In this document: positions 18,151 through 26,364 of the stretch, piece after piece
How positions within the stretch are numbered: position 1 is the stretch's first letter
Layout: each line of letters opens with the position of its first letter
NCBI GenBank assembly: GCA_049517335.1
Contig: JBEKSD010000009.1
Span: 1-52,888 of the forward strand
DNA: 52,888 bases
Reading direction: 5' to 3'
From: Candidatus Omnitrophota bacterium
Lineage (GTDB): Bacteria > Omnitrophota > Gorgyraeia > Gygaellales > Profunditerraquicolaceae
Notes under the pieces: model-generated
Seen by the model: only the letters and a program-made list of their open reading frames with translations
What the model was told of the DNA's origin: nothing
Database searches by the model: none
Made by a program: the position numbers and the translations under genes

Positions 18151-19488
18151 ATGAATAAATCCTACAGCAGAAACAAAGACTTTATAGTTAGTGGCGCGGC
18201 AATTTTAATCCTGGGATTTTGTTTGCTTGGAGCCAACATTCCTTCTCTCTTGGCAGACGATGCCAGTAGTGTAGCGACAAAGACAGCCCAGGGGGCAACG
18301 CCGCCAGCTGCTGCATCTGCGCCAGTAACTGAACCGACGCTTAGTCTGTTGATGAGCGCTTTGGATAAGTTAGGGTTGGCTAAACCTTTAAGCAAATTTG
18401 GGATTAACATCTACGGCTATATCGAAGGCGGTTTCATGCATGACTTCTCAGCGCCTCACAAAGGAGGCGCAACTTTCATCGGTTATAACAGTTTCAAAAA
18501 CAGTGGCGTCCTTGACAAGGCTGATTTGAGCATCGAGCGCACGGTCGATGCCACGAAGAAGCAATTTGACATAGGCTTCCACCTGGAAGGTCTCTATGGT
18601 GCGGATGCTGATTTAATTCATTCCAATGGTATGTGGGCTAAGCAAACGGGCCACTATCAAGGGGATCTTCTCCAAGCTTATGTGGATGTAGCCCTTCCTG
18701 ATATGCCGGTAAAAATCCGCGTGGGAAAATGGATTGAGCTGGCCGGTTTCGAGCAGTACAGTGCTAATATCTACGGGGCTTTTGGTGATCCGAGCAAGGC
18801 GCTTTATTCTTATAGTTATCAGTTTATGTATGCTGAACCTGGTACGCAGACAGGCGCTTTTGCTACCTATATATTGAATCCCCAATGGACGTTTGACGCT
18901 GGTCTTACGCGGGGTTGGAACCAATCAACGCGTGACTCCAACAGTACTTCGGACTTCTTGGGCCGCGTGACCTTTACGCCTAGTGATAAGACTAGCATTA
19001 TTTTTGTAATGACGGAAGGGCCAGAATATCCTACGGGCGTCGGAAGCAATCTGCCTCCCGGCGACAACAGCCACTGGTGGACCGCTTTGGATTTGGTTGC
19101 CACCCAGAAGATCAATGACAAATTAAACCTCGGTATGGGTCTTGACTATGTTGAGACTCCACAAATTCCCAATTTAAAGGACGGGGCCAAGCAGTGGGGC
19201 GGTTTGGCTGGTTACGCCAGCTACGCCTTTGATCCGCATTTCACACTGAATACCAGGCTGGAGTGGTATAAAGACGCTGCCGATGGTTTCTCTACTGGTG
19301 CACCCGTAAGTGCTAACTACTATGAAACCACGGTGGGAGTGGCTATCAAGCCGTTTCCAAAAGATAAGATCTTCTCTAACTTGCTGTTCCGGCCAGAAGT
19401 TCGCTATGACTGCTCTAACCGCTCGGTCTTTAACAGCGATGAACGTAACCAGTGGACATTCAGCGTAGATACTCTCTTCACCTTCTAG
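18151..19488 (+). CDS. Outer-membrane beta-barrel porin (BBP2/OmpL-like)
   Basis: Signal peptide, IYGYIEGG, LLQAYVDV, RVGKW, RLEWYKD, RPEVRYD and a C-terminal Phe. Confidence 0.8.
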   Translation: MNKSYSRNKDFIVSGAAILILGFCLLGANIPSLLADDASSVATKTAQGATPPAAASAPVTEPTLSLLMSALDKLGLAKPLSKFGINIYGYIEGGFMHDFSAPHKGGATFIGYNSFKNSGVLDKADLSIERTVDATKKQFDIGFHLEGLYGADADLIHSNGMWAKQTGHYQGDLLQAYVDVALPDMPVKIRVGKWIELAGFEQYSANIYGAFGDPSKALYSYSYQFMYAEPGTQTGAFATYILNPQWTFDAGLTRGWNQSTRDSNSTSDFLGRVTFTPSDKTSIIFVMTEGPEYPTGVGSNLPPGDNSHWWTALDLVATQKINDKLNLGMGLDYVETPQIPNLKDGAKQWGGLAGYASYAFDPHFTLNTRLEWYKDAADGFSTGAPVSANYYETTVGVAIKPFPKDKIFSNLLFRPEVRYDCSNRSVFNSDERNQWTFSVDTLFTF

Positions 19489-19555
19489 TAGGATGCTGAA
19501 AGTAACTTTCACTGTAAAAGGAATTTACGTATTCAAATAAAGAGTGGAGGATGTT

Positions 19556-19894
19556 ATGAAAAAAATAGAAGCGGTAATACGTCCGACAAAACTTGGAGAT
19601 GCGCTTGATGCCTTAAATAAAGCGGGACACCCGGGTGTTATGATTACCGAGATTGAGGGGCACGGAAAACAAAGAGGCATAGAGCAGGAGTTTCGCGGCA
19701 AAACATATAAGACAGAACTGCTCACGAAAGCTAAAATTGAGATCGTGGTCAATAACGCGGATGTTGAGAAAATAGTTCAAGTCATACGCGAGGCTGCTTT
19801 AACGGGAAAGGTAGGAGATGGCAAGATATTCGTTTATCCTATCGATGATGTTGTCAGGATCCGCACTGCCGAACATGGTGATATTGCGATATAA
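19556..19894 (+). CDS. glnB: PII nitrogen regulatory protein (Tyr51-containing)
   Basis: MKKIEAVIRP, GHGKQRG...FRGKTY51, TGKVGDGKIFV, RIRT. ATG 19556 follows GGAGG. Confidence 0.9.
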   Translation: MKKIEAVIRPTKLGDALDALNKAGHPGVMITEIEGHGKQRGIEQEFRGKTYKTELLTKAKIEIVVNNADVEKIVQVIREAALTGKVGDGKIFVYPIDDVVRIRTAEHGDIAI

Positions 19895-19911
19895 GGGACC
19901 GTAGGTTAATT

Positions 19912-20091
19912 ATGATAGATAATGAATTAATTAGTAAACTTTTACAATTTAAAGAGGCTGAAGGATATACTCTGCACGATTTATCCAAAAAGCTAGACCT
20001 TCAGGTTACCACTATCGAAAGATGGTTTAAAACTGGGCGCATTAATAAGATTTATGCGCGTATGGTAAAAGAGAAATTACATTTGGATTAG
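19912..20091 (+). CDS. Small XRE/Cro-like helix-turn-helix protein (59 aa, absent from ORF track)
   Basis: Hand translation: MIDNELISKLLQFKEAEGYTLHDLSKKLDLQVTTIERWFKTGRINKIYARMVKEKLHLD. GYTLHDLSKKLDLQVTTIERW fits an XRE HTH pattern. Confidence 0.75.
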   Translation: MIDNELISKLLQFKEAEGYTLHDLSKKLDLQVTTIERWFKTGRINKIYARMVKEKLHLD

Positions 20092-20207
20092 GTAATTTAA
20101 AACAAGATTGAAGGGGGGGATTTTTTGTATTCTTATTTGCACAATTGTCTAATCAAAAGTAGGGATGACCTATTATTAACAGAAACAAAGAAAAGGAGGA
20201 AGTAGAA

Positions 20208-21437
20208 ATGATTAACACAGGTGATACGGCGTGGGTTTTGATCTCATCGGCTCTTGTGCTGCTGATGACCCCGGGATTGGCTTTTTTCTACGGAGGTATG
20301 GTCAGGCGTAAGAATATGCTTAGTATCCTTATGCAGTGTTTCATTATTATGTGTGTTTTAAGCGTGCAATGGGTACTTTTCGGTTACAGCCTTTCTTTTG
20401 CCCCTAGTAAAGGCTTTTGGGGCGGATTAAGCTGGTTAGGTTTGAATGGCGTAGGCTTAGAACCTTACGCGGATTACGCTGCGACAATTCCTCATCAGGC
20501 GTTTATGATTTTTCAGGCAATGTTCGCGATTATTACGCCAGCCCTGATTATCGGCGCATTTGCCGAAAGGATGAAGTTTTCGGCGTTTTTGATTTTTACT
20601 TTACTTTGGGCGACATTTGTTTATGACCCATTATGCCACTGGGTTTGGGGTGTTGGCGGGTTCTTGCGTAATTTGGGTGTTTTGGATTTTGCCGGAGGCA
20701 CAGTTGTCCATATTAATGCCGGGATTGCGGCGTTGGTTACTGCTATAATTATCGGACGCAGGAAGAATTTAGATGAAAATATTCCCGCTCCGCATAATTT
20801 ACCTTTTATCGTTCTAGGTACAGGGTTGCTTTGGTTTGGCTGGTTTGGTTTTAATGCCGGCAGTGCCCTAGCTGCCAATGGTTTAGCTGTTAACGCATTT
20901 GTCGTTACCAATACCGCTGCAGCTGCCGCTGGCTTAAGCTGGGCGCTTATTGAGTGGTCGCGTAACGGAAAACCAACGATGTTCGGCGTGGCATCAGGCG
21001 CTGTTGCCGGGCTTGTTGCTATTACTCCCGCAGCAGGTTTTGTAAATGTAACCTCAGCGCTCATTATCGGATTTCTAGTTAGTATATTCTGTTTTATTGC
21101 CGTAAGTATAATAAAGCCAAAATTCGGCTATGATGATTCCTTGGATGCTTTTGGCGTGCACTGTATCGGTGGGATCTGGGGTGCGCTCGCTACCGGTTTG
21201 TTTGCTTCTAAGGCAGTGAACGCAGCCGGAGCGGATGGTTTATTTTTCGGTAACCCGAAACAGCTATTAATTCAAGGGGCAGCAGTATTGGTAACTATTC
21301 TTTACACCGGAGTGGTTACTTTCTTAATCTACAAGCTTGTCGATATCTTTGTAGGGGTAAGGGTGAACGAAAAAGAGGAGCTTATGGGTTTGGATCTTAC
21401 CCAACACCACGAAAGGGCTTACACGGTATTGGAATAA
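20208..21437 (+). CDS. amtB: Ammonium transporter Amt (copy 1)
   Basis: LMTPGLAFFYGG, FQAMFAIIT, DFAGGTVVH, WFGWFGFNAGS, DDSLDAFGVH (twin His intact). Confidence 0.96.
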   Translation: MINTGDTAWVLISSALVLLMTPGLAFFYGGMVRRKNMLSILMQCFIIMCVLSVQWVLFGYSLSFAPSKGFWGGLSWLGLNGVGLEPYADYAATIPHQAFMIFQAMFAIITPALIIGAFAERMKFSAFLIFTLLWATFVYDPLCHWVWGVGGFLRNLGVLDFAGGTVVHINAGIAALVTAIIIGRRKNLDENIPAPHNLPFIVLGTGLLWFGWFGFNAGSALAANGLAVNAFVVTNTAAAAAGLSWALIEWSRNGKPTMFGVASGAVAGLVAITPAAGFVNVTSALIIGFLVSIFCFIAVSIIKPKFGYDDSLDAFGVHCIGGIWGALATGLFASKAVNAAGADGLFFGNPKQLLIQGAAVLVTILYTGVVTFLIYKLVDIFVGVRVNEKEELMGLDLTQHHERAYTVLE

Positions 21438-21445
21438 TTCATACA

Positions 21446-21479
21446 TTGACTTACTCACACTAGCGTGTTCGTAAGTCAA
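21446..21479 (+). repeat. Intergenic palindrome between amtB1 and glnK1
   Basis: TTGACTTAC-TC-ACAC-TAGC-GTGT-TC-GTAAGTCAA. Absent from the paralogous amtB2-glnK2 spacer. Confidence 0.6.
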
Positions 21480-21499
21480 GTGTTCATTAAGGAGGAAAA

Positions 21500-21841
21500 A
21501 TGAAGTTAATCATTGCAATAATCCAGCCTTACAAGTTAGAGGAAGTAAAGGAGGAACTTTATAAGGCCGATGTAAATCTTATTACGGTTAGCGAAGTATT
21601 GGGCCACGGCCGACAGAAGGGGATAACAGAATTCTACCGTGGAGCCAAGGAAACAGGCAATCTTTTGCGAAAAATCCGTCTTGAGATTGCAGTAAACGAG
21701 GATTTTGTTGAACCGACTATAAAAGCCATAGTTAAAGGAGCAAAAACGGGACAGACAGGTGACGGCAAGATTTTTGTTCTAGACATGCATGAATGCGTAC
21801 GCATTAGGACAGGTGAGAAAGGGCACTTGGCTATAGGATAA
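21500..21841 (+). CDS. glnK: PII protein GlnK (copy 1)
   Basis: PII motifs GHGRQKG, YRG, TGDGKIFV, RIRTGE. Adjacent to amtB. Confidence 0.93.
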   Translation: MKLIIAIIQPYKLEEVKEELYKADVNLITVSEVLGHGRQKGITEFYRGAKETGNLLRKIRLEIAVNEDFVEPTIKAIVKGAKTGQTGDGKIFVLDMHECVRIRTGEKGHLAIG

Positions 21842-21848
21842 TTATTGA

Positions 21849-21880
21849 CAGGGGTAAGCCGAAATTTGGGCTCGCCCCTG
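21849..21880 (+). terminator. GC-rich hairpin after glnK1
   Basis: CAGGGGTAAGCC / GGCTCGCCCCTG stem with a poor U-tail. Confidence 0.45.
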
Positions 21881-21965
21881 CTTGTAAAAAACCATTCCCT
21901 CAAATACGGTTGCTCTTTCTTAAAAACTGGTACAACTTATATGAGCGGGTCAATATAAAGTCATC

Positions 21966-22028
21966 TTGACAAAGCGTTATCAATAGTGTACACTTTTATT
22001 GTAAGTAAGAATGTAAGGAAGTAAGAAT
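21966..22028 (+). promoter_or_regulatory. sigma70 promoter and probable operator repeats of the TA module
   Basis: TTGACA-17 nt-TACACT (21966-21994), followed by GTAAG direct repeats at 22001, 22005, 22013 and 22021. Confidence 0.65.
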
Positions 22029-22081
22029 ACATTGTTTTATCATATAGGCAGGTGTTTACTGTTGTGAAAGGAGTAATTAAA

Positions 22082-22345
22082 ATGACTGTTCTTGAAACCG
22101 CTAAAATTACCTCAAAAGGCCAGGTTACTATACCCAACCGCATAAGGAAGCTTCTGCGTGTAGAGACAGGCGCCTCTTTAGCCTTTGGTTTAAGCAAGGA
22201 AGGAGTGGTTTTGCTTCCTTGCAAAGTCACCGCAGAATCGCCTTATACTGCTAGTGAATGGGCGAAAATTGAAAAGTTAGCCTCAGCCAAAGGCAAGGCC
22301 TACAAAAGCGCCAAAAGAGCCAAAAAGCATATTGAGGCATTATGA
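22082..22345 (+). CDS. AbrB/MazE/SpoVT-family antitoxin
   Basis: AKITSKGQVTIPNRIRKLL motif. ATG 22082 follows AAAGGAG. Confidence 0.88.
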   Translation: MTVLETAKITSKGQVTIPNRIRKLLRVETGASLAFGLSKEGVVLLPCKVTAESPYTASEWAKIEKLASAKGKAYKSAKRAKKHIEAL

Positions 22346-22620
22346 GATTTGAATTTAAATCTTCCTTTGACCGTTCGCTCAAGAGTTTTTATGGCAGAGA
22401 AAAAGAAGGGATAAAGAAAGTTGCTCTCCAAGCGATAGATATACTCTCTCAGGACCGGATACTCCATAAAAGGATCGGTCTGAAACGTCTTAAAGATGAT
22501 TTCTGGGAGATAAGACACGGTCTTAAGGCAAGGATTCTATTCCGCTGGGAAGGAGATTTAGTGGAATTTATTCTTGCTGGTGACCACAATGATATTAAGC
22601 GTTATCTGAAGAATATTTGA
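22342..22620 (+). CDS. RelE/ParE-superfamily toxin-like protein
   Basis: 92 aa, basic, ATGA-coupled to the antitoxin. F.KSSFDRSLK...LKRLKDDFWEIR...RILF...AGDHNDI pattern. Confidence 0.72.
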   Translation: MRFEFKSSFDRSLKSFYGREKEGIKKVALQAIDILSQDRILHKRIGLKRLKDDFWEIRHGLKARILFRWEGDLVEFILAGDHNDIKRYLKNI

Positions 22621-22678
22621 ACTTAATATTATCTTCAGATGCTGTTTCTAGAAGTCTCCCCTTGTGGAATATTTCTGG

Positions 22679-22708
22679 GTTACCAAAAATACCATATTTT
22701 TACTTGTA
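22679..22708 (+). promoter_or_regulatory. Conserved bipartite promoter motif, copy 2
   Basis: GTTACCA-AAAATACCATATTTTT-ACTTGTA upstream of amtB2. Confidence 0.85.
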
Positions 22709-22721
22709 TATATAATTGTAG

Positions 22722-22810
22722 TATAAACACGTTGTCGTGTTTATATGATTAGTAGCCAATGCAGGCGTCCAATACAGCTATAGTTTGTAGTTGTTTATGG
22801 GCGCTTTTTT
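22722..22810 (+). promoter_or_regulatory. ANTAR dual-hairpin leader plus terminator (amtB2-glnK2)
   Basis: P1 TATAAACAC-GTTGTC-GTGTTTATA. P2 GCC-AATGCA-GGC (alternative register AT-GCAGGC-GT) overlaps terminator GGCGTCCA...TGGGCGCT plus T-run. Confidence 0.8.
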
Positions 22811-22882
22811 ATTAACCGAGTTTTGGGATATTTTTTTAACCATTATTTACACAATTGATGAGCCAGTTGTGAAAGAGGAGGG

Positions 22883-24115
22883 ATGATGATTAATCCTGCT
22901 GATACAGTATTTGTTTTATTTTCAACAGCCTTTGTTATGCTGATGACCCCAGGGTTGGCTTTTTTCTATGGTGGTATGGTACGTAGAAAGAATATCTTAA
23001 GTGTTTTAATGCAGTGTTTTATACTCCTATGTTTACTTACTGTATACTGGATGCTTTTTGGGTACAGCCTTTGTTTTGCTCCCTCAAAAGGTTTTTGGGG
23101 TGGTTTAGCATGGTTTGGTTTAAATGGCGTGGGCCTAGAGCCCTATGTAGGATATTCCGCAACTATACCGCATCAGGCTTTTATGATATTTCAAGCGATG
23201 TTTGCAATTATCACACCGGCCCTGATTATCGGCGCATTTGCCGAAAGGATGAAGTTTTCGGCATTCTTGGTTTTTAGCCTTCTTTGGGCGACTTTTGTTT
23301 ATGCCCCGCTATGCCACTGGGTGTGGGGTATCGGTGGGTTCTTGCGTAATTTGGGTGTGCTTGATTTTGCCGGAGGTATTGTCGTGCATACCTCAGCCGG
23401 TATCGCGGCCCTTGCTGTTGCCTTAATCATCGGTAGGAGGAAAAATCTCGAGCATAATGTTCCTGCCCCGCATAATTTGCCCTTTGTAGTGTTAGGAACA
23501 TCCTTACTTTGGTTTGGCTGGTTTGGTTTTAATGCCGGTAGTGCCCTGGCTGCCAATGCTTTAGCAATTAGTGCTTTTGTGACTACGAATGCCGCTGCGG
23601 CATGCGCAGGTTTAACCTGGGCGGTTTTAGAGTGGATTCGTAATGGCAAGCCAACGGTTTTCGGAGTGGTAACAGGTTCTATCGCCGGTCTTGCGACGGT
23701 TACGCCTGCGTCGGGTTTTGTAAGCCCTATCTCGGGGTTAATAATAGGGATGCTCGCAAGCATAGTTTGTTTTATTGCCGTGGCGGTAGTTAAGCCTAAA
23801 TTCGGCTATGATGATTCACTCGATGCTTTTGGCGTGCATGGCGTAGGGGGAATATTAGGTACGCTGGCTACCGGTTTGTTTGCTTCGAAACTAATAAATC
23901 CTCAAGGTGCCGATGGGCTATTTTTCGGAAATCCCAAGCAGTTTCTAATTCAGTTAGCCGCTGTTTTGGTGGCCACAGTTTATACTTTTGCAGTTACCTA
24001 CGGGTTATACAAATTCGTGGATATATTTTTCAGAATCCGTGTTACGGAAAAAGAGGAACTTATGGGTCTAGATCTTACCCAGCACCGCGAAAGAGCTTAT
24101 ACAGTATTGGAATAA
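22883..24115 (+). CDS. amtB: Ammonium transporter Amt (copy 2)
   Basis: Same Amt motifs (DFAGGIVVH, DAFGVH). Close paralog of copy 1. Confidence 0.96.
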   Translation: MMINPADTVFVLFSTAFVMLMTPGLAFFYGGMVRRKNILSVLMQCFILLCLLTVYWMLFGYSLCFAPSKGFWGGLAWFGLNGVGLEPYVGYSATIPHQAFMIFQAMFAIITPALIIGAFAERMKFSAFLVFSLLWATFVYAPLCHWVWGIGGFLRNLGVLDFAGGIVVHTSAGIAALAVALIIGRRKNLEHNVPAPHNLPFVVLGTSLLWFGWFGFNAGSALAANALAISAFVTTNAAAACAGLTWAVLEWIRNGKPTVFGVVTGSIAGLATVTPASGFVSPISGLIIGMLASIVCFIAVAVVKPKFGYDDSLDAFGVHGVGGILGTLATGLFASKLINPQGADGLFFGNPKQFLIQLAAVLVATVYTFAVTYGLYKFVDIFFRIRVTEKEELMGLDLTQHRERAYTVLE

Positions 24116-24142
24116 TAAAAGTTTCATTAACAAGGGGGTTTT

Positions 24143-24484
24143 ATGAAGTTAATCATTGCAATAATCCAGCCTTACAAGTTAGAGGAAGTAAAGGAGGAAC
24201 TTTATAAGGTCGATGTAAATCTTATTACGGTTAGCGAAGTATTGGGCCACGGCCGGCAAAAAGGGATAACCGAATTCTACCGCGGAGCCAAGGAAACAGG
24301 TAATCTTTTGCGAAAAATCCGTCTTGAGATTGCAGTAAACGAGGATTTTGTTGAACCGACTATAAAAGCGATAATTAAAGGAGCAAAAACAGGCCAAACC
24401 GGAGACGGCAAGATTTTCGTATTGGACCTGAAGGAATGCGTGCGTATCAGAACCGAAGAGCGCGGTTCTCTTGCCATAGGCTAG
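24143..24484 (+). CDS. glnK: PII protein GlnK (copy 2)
   Basis: Near-identical to 21500-21841 and adjacent to amtB2. Confidence 0.93.
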   Translation: MKLIIAIIQPYKLEEVKEELYKVDVNLITVSEVLGHGRQKGITEFYRGAKETGNLLRKIRLEIAVNEDFVEPTIKAIIKGAKTGQTGDGKIFVLDLKECVRIRTEERGSLAIG

Positions 24485-24560
24485 ACGTCTTCAGGCCTGA
24501 GGGGGATCCTGCGTTTCACTTAAGATGCATTTGCCGATTAATAAAAATATGAAAAATAGA

Positions 24561-24590
24561 GTTACCAAAAACAGGGGAATTTTACTTGTA
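24561..24590 (+). promoter_or_regulatory. Conserved bipartite promoter motif, copy 3
   Basis: GTTACCA-AAAACAGGGGAATTTT-ACTTGTA upstream of glnA. Confidence 0.85.
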
Positions 24591-24609
24591 TGTTTAAGAG
24601 AAGAAGTTT

Positions 24610-24694
24610 GCGTACAAGGTCGCGCTAATTTAAGGAAGAAGAACAGGGGCGTTCATTCAGACGGTAAAAATTGTTAAAATGAACGCTTTTTTTT
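24610..24694 (+). promoter_or_regulatory. ANTAR-type leader plus terminator (glnA)
   Basis: Weak P1 (C-AAGGTC-G). P2 GAAC-AGGGGC-GTTC overlaps terminator GGCGTTCATT...AATGAACGCT plus T-run. Confidence 0.75.
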
Positions 24695-24711
24695 AATTAA
24701 AGGAGGACAAG

Positions 24712-26211
24712 ATGCCTAAGAATAAAGTAGCGGAAGTGAAAACCAGCAATCCTTTGAAAAACGGCTCTTTTGACGAGAAAGCGGCGAGAGATGTCCTGAA
24801 AATGGTCAAGGACAAAGACATCCAGATTATTGATCTGAAATTCAATGATCTTCCCGGATTATGGCAGCATTTTTCTATCCCTGCCAGAGAATTATTAGAA
24901 ATGGATGATATTACCCGCTCTATCTGGGTAGATGGTATCGGGTTTGACGGTTCATCCATCCGTGGTTTTCAAAAGATACAAGAGTCGGATATGATTTTGA
25001 TTCCAGATCCATCCAGCGCAATAGTTGATCCTATATGTGAAGTGCCTACTCTAAGTTTAATCTGCGATATTTATGATCCTCTGACCCGTAAAGCTTATTC
25101 TAGAGACCCGCGTTATATCGCCAAAAAAGCGGAAAAATACCTAAAGGATTCCGGTATTGCTGATTCGGTTTACTTTGGCCCTGAAGCAGAGTTTTTTATT
25201 TTTAACAGCATACGCTTTGACCAAACCGAAAATTCTGGTTATTATTTTATTGATTCTCAAGAAGCGGACTGGAATACCGGAAGGGATGAAAATCCTAACC
25301 TCGGATACAAAATACGTTTTAAAGAAGGCTATTTCCCGGTTCCTCCCCATGATTCAATTCAGGATTTAAGAAGCAGAATAATCCTGAAGATGATAGAATC
25401 TGGGATCAATGTAGAAGTGCATCATCATGAAGTGGCCACTGCCGGTCAGTGTGAAATCGATATGAAGTTTGACAAGCTTACAAAAATGGGCGATAACCTG
25501 CTTCTTTACAAGTACATCATCAAGAATATGGCTAAGAAAGCAGGGATGGTCGCAACCTTTATGCCCAAGCCGCTCTTTGCGGATAACGGCTCAGGTATGC
25601 ATTGCCATCAGAGCCTTTGGAAGAACGGCGTGAACCTTTTCTATGATAAAAATGGGTACGCCCTTATTTCCCAGACTGCGAAATACTACATCGGCGGGTT
25701 ATTAAAACACGCCAATAGCCTTATGGCTTTTTGCGCGCCGACGACTAACTCTTATAAGAGACTGGTTCCTGGGTATGAAGCCCCGGTTAACCTGGTTTAT
25801 TCTGCCAGAAACCGTTCCGCAGCAGTAAGAATCCCGATGTATTCGGATAGCCCGAAATCAAAAAGAATTGAATTCCGTCCCCCGGATCCGGCTTGTAACG
25901 GTTATCTGGCATTCAGCGCCATGCTTATGGCCGGTCTCGACGGCATACAGAACAAAATTAATCCCGGTGAACCATTGGATGTTGATTTATTTGACCTGAG
26001 TGAAGAAGAAATGAGTAAGATAGCCACAGTTCCTTCTTCTTTACGCCGGGCAGTTGACGCCTTGGAAGCAGACCACGATTACCTCTTAAAAGGCGGAGTA
26101 TTTACCAAAGACGTAATCGACATCTGGCTTGAGTATAAGCGTAAAAAAGAGATAGACCCGGTAAGGATGCGCCCGCATCCCTATGAGTTTTATCTTTACT
26201 TTGACATTTAA
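24712..26211 (+). CDS. glnA: Glutamine synthetase type I (beta)
   Basis: [38 protein letters not shown]...[33 protein letters not shown]. The GSI-beta insertion is present. Confidence 0.97.
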   Translation: MPKNKVAEVKTSNPLKNGSFDEKAARDVLKMVKDKDIQIIDLKFNDLPGLWQHFSIPARELLEMDDITRSIWVDGIGFDGSSIRGFQKIQESDMILIPDPSSAIVDPICEVPTLSLICDIYDPLTRKAYSRDPRYIAKKAEKYLKDSGIADSVYFGPEAEFFIFNSIRFDQTENSGYYFIDSQEADWNTGRDENPNLGYKIRFKEGYFPVPPHDSIQDLRSRIILKMIESGINVEVHHHEVATAGQCEIDMKFDKLTKMGDNLLLYKYIIKNMAKKAGMVATFMPKPLFADNGSGMHCHQSLWKNGVNLFYDKNGYALISQTAKYYIGGLLKHANSLMAFCAPTTNSYKRLVPGYEAPVNLVYSARNRSAAVRIPMYSDSPKSKRIEFRPPDPACNGYLAFSAMLMAGLDGIQNKINPGEPLDVDLFDLSEEEMSKIATVPSSLRRAVDALEADHDYLLKGGVFTKDVIDIWLEYKRKKEIDPVRMRPHPYEFYLYFDI

Positions 26212-26225
26212 GGCCTTAAAGTAAT

Positions 26226-26262
26226 AAAGCAGGGGGCTTTCTTTGAAAATGCCCCCTGCTTT
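26226..26262 (+). terminator. Intrinsic terminator after glnA
   Basis: AAAGCAGGGGGC...GCCCCCTGCTTT perfect GC-rich stem. Confidence 0.8.
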
Positions 26263-26364
26263 CGGAATTCCGTTGATTAATTTTTAGGCAATTAGGTATT
26301 AAAAATACGGCTTTATTTTCCTCTTAGTTTGTAGTAAAATAGAGCAACTAAAACAGGAGGATCA

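Noticed and set aside
20005-20034. GTTACCA inside the small HTH gene as a fifth promoter motif
   Set aside because: The sequence 16 nt downstream is TAAAACT, not ACTTGTA, and the site is within a coding region.
20125-20141. TTGCA upstream of amtB1 as a sigma54 -12 element
   Set aside because: No GG at the -24 position. No convincing sigma54 promoter was seen upstream of any nitrogen gene.
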